A stretch of DNA of 64,000 nucleotides from Chloroflexia bacterium. GTDB lineage: Bacteria > Chloroflexota > Chloroflexia > Thermomicrobiales > UBA6265. This document shows positions 39,325 through 48,815 of this stretch, in pieces. The stretch covers positions 95,404 to 159,403 of the forward strand of contig JBHWTK010000013.1 of the NCBI GenBank assembly GCA_043427975.1, written 5' to 3'. The notes beneath the pieces are model-generated. The model was not told the DNA's origin, searched no databases, and saw only the letters and a list, made by a program, of their open reading frames with translations. Both the position numbers and the translations under genes were made by a program. Within the stretch, counting starts at the first letter, position 1; each line of letters starts with the position of its first letter.

Positions 39325-41031
39325 GTGAAAGGGAGGCTGGCGACTGGGTTCATCATTCTGGCGACCCTGATCGGCGCGCTGCTTGTCGTCATCCCCGGTA
39401 TTCGTATGCGAGGCGATCTGTTTCCGCCCCGCTGGCTGATCGGTCGCGATTCGAACGTTTTTCTCTATGGTGGTCTTCGAATCCTGGAAGGCGACGTGCC
39501 ATATCGCGACTTCTGGGATCACAAGAGCCCCGGTATCTTCTTTGTCGATGCGGTCGGCGTGGCGTTGGGATTCGGCAGTCTGTATGGCCTGGTGATCCTC
39601 GAATACTTGGTCGTTGCCTGTACGTTGCTCATGTGTTTCCTGGCCTTACGGCAAATGTTCGGCGCGTGGCCAGCGTTTGGTGCCATGTGCTTCGTTGTCG
39701 CGATGTATGTGCATACCTTCTGGGGCGGAAACCTTACTGAGATCTACGCCGTCTTCTTTATCGCAGCTGCCTGGCTGGCGGCGATCCCGTATCTGAACAG
39801 CGATCGAGTTCCCGGACCTTGGCGGATAGTGTTTATTGGTTGGCTCTCCGTGATGCCGTTGGTATTCAAGGTGAACACCGCGGCGATGGGGCTGCTCCTA
39901 TGTACATTGCTGGTGCTGGATATTTGGCGAAAGGCGGGATTTTCACGGGCAATTGTGTCTGGTTTGCTCATTACTACGGGCCTGGTATTGGTGATCGCGC
40001 CGTTCGCGTTTTACTTCATTTTGAATGGTGCCTGGAGCCATGCCTGGGATGGCATCATCGATTACAACTCCAACTATGTTCAACAGAGCACCGACGCCGA
40101 ACATGTGAGCTGGGGGTCGCGATGGGCATCCCTTGAGCGCCCGATCCACACGGTGAGACTGAGCCTTGTGCCGATCGTTGCGCCGATCGGCTGGCTCGCT
40201 ACCTGGCTGATCGCGTTCCGTCGAAATCGATACCATCTGACTTGGTTCGGGTGGACTCTGGCGGTATCGGCGCCGCTTGTGGTGTTGGTGGCGCTGATGC
40301 TCTCTGGACGGGACTACGTCTACTACTACACCGCCTGGTTGCCGGCAGCATCAATGTCGATAGCAGCGTTGCTACGTGTTGTGAGCGATGCTGCGAAAGC
40401 ATCGCTTGGCAAGGTGGCTGGTGGAGAACGATTACAGCTGGCTGGTCTGGTTGCGAGCGTGTTTCTGCTGCTAGCTGTGCCGGTATACTCGTATCAGCAT
40501 CCATCGATGCCGGGCAGTAGTAGCCGGGCTAACTATCAGCGCCGCGAAGGCATGATGCGTGTACTGGAGCAAGAACTGGAGCCCGGCGAAAGCCTGCTGG
40601 TGTGGGGCAACGAGCCGATGTTTCACGTCTTCTCCAAGTTTTCGCAGCAGAACCGGTACCTGTATCAGTATCCGCTCTTCTTTGGGCCAAATCGGGATGC
40701 ACATATTGCTGAGTTCTGGGCGGATATTTCAGCCTCGCCTCCGAAAATCATTGTAGATACCAAGACCCAGAATACCTATATGATGCCGGGATTCCGAGAG
40801 GGATCGGGCCAGGAGTGGGAGGCTACCTACGGCGAGACCTTGCCGGAGGAATTTATTGCGTTTCGCGAGATGGTGCTTACATGCTATGACTTGGTGAAGA
40901 TCGAAGATGCTGCGGCGGAAATGCTCGGTTGGGATGTCTATCGTTATGCGCCGCAGAACGATCCGAAAGCCTGCGGCTCCTCCTCGCTCGGCTCCATTCC
41001 TGTAGCAAGAACCCGCACCGGACCTGGCTGA
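39325..41031 (+). CDS. GT-C-fold membrane glycosyltransferase (ArnT/PMT, GT39-like)
   Basis: 568 aa with ~11 TM helices. An early periplasmic loop has the DVPYRDFWDHKSPG motif region, followed by a soluble C-terminal domain. GTG start with a GGAGGGG SD. Confidence 0.65.
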   Translation: MKGRLATGFIILATLIGALLVVIPGIRMRGDLFPPRWLIGRDSNVFLYGGLRILEGDVPYRDFWDHKSPGIFFVDAVGVALGFGSLYGLVILEYLVVACTLLMCFLALRQMFGAWPAFGAMCFVVAMYVHTFWGGNLTEIYAVFFIAAAWLAAIPYLNSDRVPGPWRIVFIGWLSVMPLVFKVNTAAMGLLLCTLLVLDIWRKAGFSRAIVSGLLITTGLVLVIAPFAFYFILNGAWSHAWDGIIDYNSNYVQQSTDAEHVSWGSRWASLERPIHTVRLSLVPIVAPIGWLATWLIAFRRNRYHLTWFGWTLAVSAPLVVLVALMLSGRDYVYYYTAWLPAASMSIAALLRVVSDAAKASLGKVAGGERLQLAGLVASVFLLLAVPVYSYQHPSMPGSSSRANYQRREGMMRVLEQELEPGESLLVWGNEPMFHVFSKFSQQNRYLYQYPLFFGPNRDAHIAEFWADISASPPKIIVDTKTQNTYMMPGFREGSGQEWEATYGETLPEEFIAFREMVLTCYDLVKIEDAAAEMLGWDVYRYAPQNDPKACGSSSLGSIPVARTRTGPG

Positions 41032-41039
41032 CAAGCGCA

Positions 41040-41070
41040 GGTGGAGGAGCGGCCAGACCGCCCCTCCACC
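41040..41070. terminator. 13-bp hairpin (one mismatch) between convergent GT-C gene and hemQ
   Basis: GGTGGAGGAGCGG-CCAGA-CCGCCCCTCCACC. Confidence 0.55.
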
Positions 41071-41083
41071 AACGTCTTGTATG

Positions 41084-41773
41084 TTATCCCCGGATTGTCG
41101 CCAACGCGTCCTCGGTGCTCATGCGCTCGCCAAGGTAAATCGGCGTATCGAGGGAGGTGTAGACCCGTACCTCAGCATCGCGCAGTTTCTTCACCATATC
41201 GACGATGTCCTTCGGATTGTCATCCTCCAGGGCAACGATGAATTCCTGGTCCTGGATACCGAAGCTCTCGACCGTGTTGGTGAGCAGGTTCGGCCACGGG
41301 GCAGCCAGGCCGCCATGCTCGACCATCATCTTGCGGCGTTCCTGGTAATCGATCAGGTACCACTCGGGTGTCTTGATGAACGGGTAGACGCTGAGGTAGC
41401 GTCGTGCCGGCAGGCCCTTGATGAATGCCGGGCCGTGAGTGGGGTCGTACTGGCTCATGCCAGCCGTGCCGATGTAGCCATCGACGCGCTTCAACGCCCG
41501 GCCGATCATGGTCTGATCCAGATGGACGGCCAGTTGCTGGAGTTGATTCAACTGCGGCGCGTGGACCCAGATAATGAGGTCGACATCGGCGCGAAGCCCC
41601 ATGGTGCTGTATACGCCACGCACGGTGACGCCTTCCACGCTGTTGTCCAGCGCACCGGCGAACTGTTCGACGGCTTTCTCCCACTCGGGGTGTAACACTT
41701 CCTGCCAGCCGTCCCTGCGGGCAAAGAGCCAAAAAGCGGTGAACTGCGTCGACGCTGACGGAGACTGGGACAT
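41084..41773 (-). CDS. hemQ: Coproheme decarboxylase / chlorite-dismutase-family protein
   Basis: 229 aa. YLSVYPFIKTPEWYL...RRKMMVEHG is typical of HemQ/ChdC. Confidence 0.85.
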   Translation of the reverse strand: MSQSPSASTQFTAFWLFARRDGWQEVLHPEWEKAVEQFAGALDNSVEGVTVRGVYSTMGLRADVDLIIWVHAPQLNQLQQLAVHLDQTMIGRALKRVDGYIGTAGMSQYDPTHGPAFIKGLPARRYLSVYPFIKTPEWYLIDYQERRKMMVEHGGLAAPWPNLLTNTVESFGIQDQEFIVALEDDNPKDIVDMVKKLRDAEVRVYTSLDTPIYLGERMSTEDALATIRG

Positions 41774-41985
41774 GGACTAGAACTCCTGAACGAAGAGGGA
41801 ATAGCAGCCGGCGCAAGCCGGCGACAACTCTTCGATGGTAGCACGGACACTGACTGGCGGTGCGGCAGGCCCGGTAGTGTCGGCCCTTGTGCCCGACCAG
41901 GCCTGATCTGGCAGATGGGCCGGCCTACCCACCGCGCGGCTAACCCGCGTCGTGAAATCGCGTCATCACGACTCGAGGCGCATGT

Positions 41986-42735
41986 CTAGTTCGGGTATGC
42001 CGAACCCAGCACCGAGCGCTGAATCTCCGTGAGCCCGGTGATGCCCTTTTGGCCGAGCGCAATCAACTCCTGCAACGTCTCGGGCGAGAACGGCTCGTGT
42101 TCGGCAGTCGACTGCAGTTCGACGAACTTGCCAGTGCTGGTCATGATCACGTTGGCGTCGACATCGGCGCCGGAATCCTCCTGATAATCCAGGTCCAGCA
42201 CCGGCACACCCTTCACCACGCCAACGCTGACGGCTGCCACCGCTGAACGGAGCGGGTTCTTGCGGATCTTCTTCTGTTGCACCAGGCCGTCGATGGCAAT
42301 GGCCATCGCCACAAATGCACCGGTGATGCTGGCACAGCGGGTACCGCCATCGGCCTGGAGGACATCGCAATCGACAATGATCTGCCGCTCACCAAGCGTC
42401 TGCATGTCCACTACTGCGCGCAGTGAACGGCCAATGAGTCGCTGGATTTCAACCGTGCGTCCGCCCTGCTTGCCCCGTACCGCCTCGCGGTCGGTCCGTT
42501 CGCTGGTGGAGCGGGGGAGCATACTGTACTCGGCGGTAACCCAGCCGCTACCTTTCCCGTACATCCACTTCGGCACATAGTTATCCACGGTGGCGGTGCA
42601 CAGCACGTGGGTCATGCCGACTTTGATCAGCGCCGATCCCTCGGCGAACGCGTTCACATCGCGCTCAATCGTTACCGCGCGCAACTGGTCCAGCGCGCGA
42701 TCCTCGCTGCGCTTCATCGGCACCACAATTGTCAT
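41986..42735 (-). CDS. rph: Ribonuclease PH
   Basis: [71 protein letters not shown] overlap with rarA. Confidence 0.95.
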   Translation of the reverse strand: MTIVVPMKRSEDRALDQLRAVTIERDVNAFAEGSALIKVGMTHVLCTATVDNYVPKWMYGKGSGWVTAEYSMLPRSTSERTDREAVRGKQGGRTVEIQRLIGRSLRAVVDMQTLGERQIIVDCDVLQADGGTRCASITGAFVAMAIAIDGLVQQKKIRKNPLRSAVAAVSVGVVKGVPVLDLDYQEDSGADVDANVIMTSTGKFVELQSTAEHEPFSPETLQELIALGQKGITGLTEIQRSVLGSAYPN

Positions 42736-44066
42736 TTTTGGTTCTCCATGGTCTCGTTGTAGATCTCGGCGATGCGCTGCTTCCGACGGGCGAGTTCCTT
42801 TTCAAACCCCCGCTCCGTCGGCTGGTAGTAGCGCCGGTCCTTGAGGTTCTCGGGCAGGTTGACCTGGCCGATCACGCCACCCTCGTAATCGTGTGCGTAC
42901 TTGTAGCCCTTCCCGAATCCCTCGCGTTGCATGAACGCAGTCGGGGCGTTGCGGAGGTGCATCGGTACGGGGTCGTTGCGAGTGTTGGCGACATCCTCGC
43001 GCACCTGGTTGTAGGCCTTGTAAATGGCGTTCGATTTCGGCGCCAGCGCGAGGTACACCGTGAGCTCCGCCAGCGCGAGCGCCCCCTCTGGCAGGCCGAT
43101 GAAATGCACCGCCTGCTGGGCGGCAATTGCAAGCTCCAGCGCGGCAGGATCAGCGAGCCCGATGTCTTCACTGGCGAACCGCACCAGCCGCCGGGCAACG
43201 TAAAGAGGATCGTCACCACGCTCCAGCATGCGGGCCAGCCAGTAGAGCGCGGCATCGGCATCCGAGCCGCGCAGCGTTTTGTGCAGTGCGCTTATGGCAT
43301 CGAAATGGTCGTCGCCACCCTTGTCGTATGTGGCGGCCCGGCGCTGGGCAGCTTCCTGAACCAGGTCTGATGTGATCGACCGGTCTTCACCAGCGCCGGT
43401 GGCAGCGAACTCCAGTGTGTTGAGCGCGAAGCGGGCATCGCCATTGGCCAGGTTCGCCAACAGGTCGAGCGCATCATCCGAAATGGTGAGGTTCTGTTTG
43501 CCGAGGCCGCGATCGTTATCGACGAGCGCTCTTTTTACGATGGTTTTGATATCGTCGTCTGTCAGCGAGTGCAGGGTAATAACGCGGCTGCGGCTGAGCA
43601 GGGGCGCGTTGACCTCGAAGCTGGGGTTTTCGGTGGTTGCTCCTATAAGGATTACCGTGCCGTCTTCGACATGGGGAAGAATCGCATCCTGCTGGGCCTT
43701 GTTGAAACGGTGGATCTCATCAATGAACAGCACCGTACGGATGGCGTTCATGCCAAGCCGGTCGCTGGCATCCTTAATCGCCTTGCGCAGGTCGGCTACG
43801 CCGCTCGTCACCGCGCTCACCGCCACGAAATGTGCCCTGGTGGAGTTCGCGATGACGCGGGCAGTGGTGGTCTTTCCCGTGCCGGGCGGTCCCCACAGGA
43901 TAAGCGAACTCAGCCGGTCGGCTTCGATGGCCTTGCGCAGGAGCGTGCCAGGACCGATGACGTGCTGCTGGCCAACAAGTTCGTCCAGCGTTTGCGGACG
44001 CATCCTGGTGGCCAGCGGTGCACGACTACTCAGTTGTTCGGCCTTGTTGGCCTCAAACAAATCCAT
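42732..44066 (-). CDS. rarA: Replication-associated recombination protein A (AAA+ ATPase)
   Basis: [38 protein letters not shown], and the MgsA C-terminal YKYAHD motif. Confidence 0.95.
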   Translation of the reverse strand: MDLFEANKAEQLSSRAPLATRMRPQTLDELVGQQHVIGPGTLLRKAIEADRLSSLILWGPPGTGKTTTARVIANSTRAHFVAVSAVTSGVADLRKAIKDASDRLGMNAIRTVLFIDEIHRFNKAQQDAILPHVEDGTVILIGATTENPSFEVNAPLLSRSRVITLHSLTDDDIKTIVKRALVDNDRGLGKQNLTISDDALDLLANLANGDARFALNTLEFAATGAGEDRSITSDLVQEAAQRRAATYDKGGDDHFDAISALHKTLRGSDADAALYWLARMLERGDDPLYVARRLVRFASEDIGLADPAALELAIAAQQAVHFIGLPEGALALAELTVYLALAPKSNAIYKAYNQVREDVANTRNDPVPMHLRNAPTAFMQREGFGKGYKYAHDYEGGVIGQVNLPENLKDRRYYQPTERGFEKELARRKQRIAEIYNETMENQK

Positions 44067-44074
44067 AAAAGGGG

Positions 44075-44272
44075 CTAATCCGGTGTTTCTGGCGCCGAGG
44101 CTTCGAGGGTGTCAAGAAGTTCAACCAATTCCTCGCGCGTGGCTACGCCGAGTTCGTCCATTTGCTCGATCATGTCTTCGATCATGCTCATGCGTTCAAG
44201 CAGTTCAGCCGGATCGGTGGGACCCTGGTCCTTGTTGCGATGGGCATCGAGGTTAATGATGTTTTCTGGCAT
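44075..44272 (-). CDS. Hypothetical small acidic protein (65 aa)
   Basis: GGGGGA SD, GC-rich third codon positions, and an 8-nt gap (44067..44074) upstream of rarA. No family recognised. Confidence 0.5.
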   Translation of the reverse strand: MPENIINLDAHRNKDQGPTDPAELLERMSMIEDMIEQMDELGVATREELVELLDTLEASAPETPD

Positions 44273-44303
44273 GGTGTTGTGTCCCCCAGGGGTGCAGTGG
44301 CGA

Positions 44304-45296
44304 CTAGAGGATCACATCCCGCAGCGCGACAATGAGCAGCAAGGCGCTGCCCACGCCGACAATCTCCAGCATCTTGTTACGGGTGAATGGCCGACCCTCG
44401 GCGTTGGTGACCAGCAAGCCGTACACGATATAGAACATGCCGGTCAGGACGGCGGCACCACCCCATCCCCAGGTTGGCCACCAGTTGAGTGCCAGCATGG
44501 TCGCGGCCATGATCCAGGCGCCGAGACCGGCGTGGAGGGTGCGGGTCGGGCCATCCAGTCCTGCGCGTTCCAGCGCTTCCAGGAGCAGGATAAAGCTGAG
44601 GATGGCGATCAACGGGACGGCGAGGATGCTCTCGAACTTGTTGATGTACACGGCCCCGAAGGCAAAGAACGCCACCACGATGCCAACCACCGAGCTGATG
44701 ACGCTGGCGGTACGCACGCTGGGTTCCTCGGCCTCGTCCAGCAGGTCCCGGCTGAGCAGGCTTGCTGCCATGCCGATAAAGGCAAGCGCGGGGCCAAACA
44801 GCAGCATCCACCGGTTGTGGTACGTCGCTACCAGCAGCGCCGCCGCAAACACGGAGACAAACGGGATCACCCAGGCAGTGGTAATGCGGTTGGCCACCGG
44901 AACATCGCCGTTGGCCGCGGCCGCGCGCGAGGTGACGTACTCGCTGTATTGCGCACCGGCAGCGGAGAGCACGAGCGCGATGAGGCTGACCGCCCACAGC
45001 AGCGGTGTGGCCCGCTGAAGCATCGGCGGAATGCTTCCATCGCCGTCGCCGATAGCGATGATCGCGCAGAGCAGCAGCGCCGCGGCAATGATCAACGCGA
45101 ATACGATTCCCTGGCCGTACGTTGGCTGGCGCTCCTCCGCACTGGCGATGTCCAGGCCGAATACCTTGTGCTCATCGGTGCGAGCGTCATGGTCGGCAAA
45201 CTCGTCCTCGTAGAGGTCCTCATCGTCGTAGGCGCGAAGGTCGACCTGCTGTTGTCCCTTCGCGGAGAACGGGTTGGGCTTGTCGCGTTTGGCCAT
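44304..45296 (-). CDS. Hypothetical polytopic membrane protein with acidic cytoplasmic N-terminus
   Basis: 330 aa. The N-terminal ~60 aa are charged (DDEDLYEDEFADHDARTDEH), followed by ~8 hydrophobic helices. The + ORF 44109..45545 is its antisense shadow. Confidence 0.7.
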   Translation of the reverse strand: MAKRDKPNPFSAKGQQQVDLRAYDDEDLYEDEFADHDARTDEHKVFGLDIASAEERQPTYGQGIVFALIIAAALLLCAIIAIGDGDGSIPPMLQRATPLLWAVSLIALVLSAAGAQYSEYVTSRAAAANGDVPVANRITTAWVIPFVSVFAAALLVATYHNRWMLLFGPALAFIGMAASLLSRDLLDEAEEPSVRTASVISSVVGIVVAFFAFGAVYINKFESILAVPLIAILSFILLLEALERAGLDGPTRTLHAGLGAWIMAATMLALNWWPTWGWGGAAVLTGMFYIVYGLLVTNAEGRPFTRNKMLEIVGVGSALLLIVALRDVIL

Positions 45297-45387
45297 GAAG
45301 CAGTCCCTTTACGTGAACGCGCGCATGGTTGTGAAACCACGGAGTTAAGGGGGATTTTACACCATTCCGGGCAACATATCCCTGCAT

Positions 45388-46560
45388 TTACTCGTTATCA
45401 GCTCCCGTCAGTTCGCGGATTCGCGCCTCGGTTGGCAGGAACCAGGCTGCCACTGCAGCTGCCAGCAAGGCAACTGCCTGGGTGCGCACTGCGTTCTGCG
45501 TGCCAATGCTATCGGCGATCGCACCGAATACCGGGGCCCCGATAGCGCCGGCCACAAAACCTAGCCCCAGGATAGCGCCGCTGGCCAGCCCCGCCTGGCC
45601 GCTCATAAGCTGCTGGGCCATGACGAGGAGGAGGGGAACGGTGGCAGCGGCCAGTAACCCGATTGCTGCGGCAAAGAAGAAACCGGGTACGCCCGGCCAC
45701 TGGGCCAGCCCCAGGACTGCCGGGATGCTAAGCACAGTGGTGGCGAGGATCACTGTTCGCCGTCCATACCTGTCGGCCAGCCGGCCGGTTCCCATATTGC
45801 CGAACGCCATGGCGAACAGCAGCGTGCTGGCAAGCGCACCGTAAAAGCCCGGGCCGTACCCCATATCGCGGTACCAGAGCGGAATGAAGTTCTGGATACC
45901 GAGGGTGGGAAAGAGCCGAAGCATTTGCGTAGCCACGATCACGCCGATTACGGCCCACGGAACCGCCGGGGCCACGGCGTTCACCAGCGCATTGCGGCCC
46001 GGCACGTTATGCGCACGCATGTTCACGACCAGGAAGATGGCCACGAGAATTCCCGGAATCAGCATCGCCGCCGTGCCCCGGGTGCCGAAGGCAGCGAACA
46101 GGCCAACCCCGATCAGCGGGCCAAGGCTGCTGCCGAGGATGCCGCCGCCGGAGTAGATGCTCATGGCCTCGTTTCGGTTGGCCTTATCGATAACGGCATT
46201 GGCGCTGATGGCGCCGAACGGGTGGAACGCGCCGCTGCCGAGGCCGGCGATCGCGGCGAGGAGTACCAGTAGTTCAAAACTCGGTGCGAACCCGATTGTG
46301 GTGAAAAACACTGCGCTCCACACCAGGGCCAGGCCGGTGAAGCGGGTGCCGATCCGGTCGGCCAGCATGCCGAACGCCGGTTGGCTGAGGCTGCTCGCCC
46401 CGGAGTAAGCAAGGGCAACGAATCCGACCGTCTTCAGGTCCAGGTCAAACTTGTCGGTAAGGAGCGGGTACAGCACCGGCAGCAGGCCACCGAACATATC
46501 GACAGTGAAATGCCCGAGAGCCAATGTCATGAGGGGTTTGTTGCGAAAAACGCTGTTCAT
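45388..46560 (-). CDS. MFS transporter
   Basis: 12-TM pattern with LADRIGTR / LADRYGRR loop motifs. Start re-picked at ATG 46560 (MNSVFRNKPLMTLALGHF). The track ORF extends 139 codons upstream across the divergent promoter region. Confidence 0.85.
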   Translation of the reverse strand: MNSVFRNKPLMTLALGHFTVDMFGGLLPVLYPLLTDKFDLDLKTVGFVALAYSGASSLSQPAFGMLADRIGTRFTGLALVWSAVFFTTIGFAPSFELLVLLAAIAGLGSGAFHPFGAISANAVIDKANRNEAMSIYSGGGILGSSLGPLIGVGLFAAFGTRGTAAMLIPGILVAIFLVVNMRAHNVPGRNALVNAVAPAVPWAVIGVIVATQMLRLFPTLGIQNFIPLWYRDMGYGPGFYGALASTLLFAMAFGNMGTGRLADRYGRRTVILATTVLSIPAVLGLAQWPGVPGFFFAAAIGLLAAATVPLLLVMAQQLMSGQAGLASGAILGLGFVAGAIGAPVFGAIADSIGTQNAVRTQAVALLAAAVAAWFLPTEARIRELTGADNE

Positions 46561-46788
46561 GCGGGTTCCTGCGCTGTGTCCGGGAAGGGGCCATCCGGGA
46601 TGGGCCGCGGCTATCGTACCATTGGCCGGCTTTTTGAGGGTCTGTAGGCGAGCCGTATCCCCGAAACAGCGGAAAATCCGGCCAAAACGCGCTATACTGA
46701 CGTGTTGCCACGTGCCGCAAGGGACACGTCCTGTTGTTGTGCCCCGTGGCCGCACCCGATTTTCCCATGCCAAAGGAGTTCGCGACGC

Positions 46789-46920
46789 ATGGCTACCGAT
46801 AACGACACCGTGCAATTGAACGAGGCGGATATCGCCTATTTGATCACCCTGCTGCGCGACGCACAGGGGCCGCTTACCACCGCAGAACTGGTGGAAGCGC
46901 TCAAGAACCGAAACGCATAA
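46789..46920 (+). CDS. Hypothetical 43-aa protein, helix-turn-helix-like
   Basis: AAGGAG SD 10 nt upstream of ATG 46789. Sequence MATDNDTVQLNEADIAYLITLLRDAQGPLTTAELVEALKNRNA. The track ORF from 46702 is an upstream extension. Confidence 0.5.
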   Translation: MATDNDTVQLNEADIAYLITLLRDAQGPLTTAELVEALKNRNA

Positions 46921-46943
46921 CCCGGCAGGAGTGAGGTTTACCC

Positions 46944-48815
46944 ATGATGACTGATTCCGGCGAGGTCGTTCTCGCATTTAACGGAACGAAGAAGGTAAAG
47001 GAAACCGCCGCTAGCGCATTCAATGTGCTGCGTGCGCGCGGCGCCTTTATGAGCGATAACGCGCCCATCCGCGTGGCCGTCGCTGACCTGGCTTCGTTCC
47101 TCTCGGTTACGGAAAAAGCCCTGGCCGATGCTGTTGCCGAGAACCCGGATGTATTCGCTATCGAAACGAACGGTGAAGGCACCAGCTACGTTGTCACCAC
47201 CCGCCTGGGCCGTGTGCCCGTAGAGACTGTTGAGCAAAACGGTCACACGCTCAGCCAGCGCCTGATGACCCCCGAGCCGAAGCCGGCTCCGCGACCGCGA
47301 CCGGTGCGCGAGGTTGTGCGCACCAATCAGGGATGGGCCACCTACATCGGCGACACCATCATTCCTGAAGACCTTGAAGATGACGAGTTCGGCTTTGCCG
47401 AGCCGGCCGACGAAGAGATCGCCGCCATCGAGGCAGAAACCGCAGCCGTTGTTGAGGATGCAGTAGCTGCCGCGCCGGTTGAGGAAGAGACTGCCGAGAT
47501 TCCGGCTGAGGCCGAAATCGAGTTCGCCGAAGCCATTGCCGAGCCCGCTCGGGTCGACGACGAAGAGGAAATGCCTGCCCGTCAGGTTGAGGCCGAGCCG
47601 GTGTCGGCTGACCCGGTCGAGCCAGTGGAAGATGTGCGTCCAGAGATCCCTGTCTTCGAGGAAATCGTGCGCACGCCCACCCCGGCCCGATCGCTTGGCG
47701 ACCCGACGGACTTCACCGATGTTCCCGAGAGTGCCATTGCCGCGGCGCTCGAGCGCCAATTTGCCCATCACCCGCACGTAGCCGTGTTTGGCGGTCGCTG
47801 GATGACCACCGATCGCGCCCACCGCCTCAGCCGTGGCAACATCCGCGATATTCGCCAGTACATCGAAGAGCAGGAGCAGCCGCTCACCGACGAGATGATC
47901 GTTGAGGACGTGTTGCGTGTGCGCCCCAGCAACCCGGAATACGCAAATACGGTGTTCGGCCTCAACTTCTGGCTGAACCGCGAGCGCGATTTCGAGTTTG
48001 TTGGTACCCGCGACCAGCGGTTCTGGAGCGTTACCGACCTGCCGGCGCTTGGCACCACATTGCGCAAGCCCAACGATATCGGCTCCGATTACCGCTTCCT
48101 TACGGATGGCGTGAACCCGGATGAGGTCGAGCATCGTTCCGTCTCCGCGGTCGATCACGTGGTGACCTTCTACGAGTGGAACCTTGGCCTGCTGCCATAC
48201 GATGCCGAGATGCAAAAGCTGTTCCCGGCACCGATGCTGCCGGACCAGCGGAGCGCGGTGTTCACCTTCGAGATTCCGCAGAGCTACACCACCTACCTGG
48301 TGGAGTTGCGCTATCCCACGCCAACCCGTGGCGGATTCTTCCTCGGCCTTGACGACTTCTATTTCGATTCGCTTGTACCGGGCGCGATGATCTCGATCAG
48401 CGCTACCGAAAGCGATGGCCACTACAAGGTGGAGTTCATTGCCACCGACGAGCAGAACGATCGCCTGCTGGAAATCGATGAGAAGCGCCCGCGCTACCAC
48501 TTCCGCCCCACCACCTACGCGTGCGGTGTGGATGATGCCTGGCTGATCAATGAGGACCGCTTCCCGGCACTGGCGGGCCAGAAGCCGCTCAACGACCGCG
48601 AGCGCCGCAAAATCGCCACGGTTGTGGAAGTGACCTTCGAGCGCGTTGGCCTCGATGATGGCAATGGTGGCCTGCTGGCGTCCTTCGAGGACCTGCTCGC
48701 CGCGATCAACATCGAGCGACCGGTAAGCGCCGAACTGCTGCGAAGCGAGCTTGAACTGCACAGCGACATCAGCGGCGATGACGCCAATGGATACACGTAT
48801 GTCGCCGGAAAGTAA
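46944..48815 (+). CDS. Hypothetical 623-aa protein (N-domain, ~150-aa acidic Glu/Ala/Pro/Val linker, ~370-aa C-domain)
   Basis: AGGAGTGAGG SD, GC-rich third positions and a protein-like composition. The equally long minus-strand ORF 46938..48884 has the Arg/Gly/Leu/His-rich composition typical of an antisense artefact. No family recognised. Confidence 0.75.
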   Translation: MMTDSGEVVLAFNGTKKVKETAASAFNVLRARGAFMSDNAPIRVAVADLASFLSVTEKALADAVAENPDVFAIETNGEGTSYVVTTRLGRVPVETVEQNGHTLSQRLMTPEPKPAPRPRPVREVVRTNQGWATYIGDTIIPEDLEDDEFGFAEPADEEIAAIEAETAAVVEDAVAAAPVEEETAEIPAEAEIEFAEAIAEPARVDDEEEMPARQVEAEPVSADPVEPVEDVRPEIPVFEEIVRTPTPARSLGDPTDFTDVPESAIAAALERQFAHHPHVAVFGGRWMTTDRAHRLSRGNIRDIRQYIEEQEQPLTDEMIVEDVLRVRPSNPEYANTVFGLNFWLNRERDFEFVGTRDQRFWSVTDLPALGTTLRKPNDIGSDYRFLTDGVNPDEVEHRSVSAVDHVVTFYEWNLGLLPYDAEMQKLFPAPMLPDQRSAVFTFEIPQSYTTYLVELRYPTPTRGGFFLGLDDFYFDSLVPGAMISISATESDGHYKVEFIATDEQNDRLLEIDEKRPRYHFRPTTYACGVDDAWLINEDRFPALAGQKPLNDRERRKIATVVEVTFERVGLDDGNGGLLASFEDLLAAINIERPVSAELLRSELELHSDISGDDANGYTYVAGK

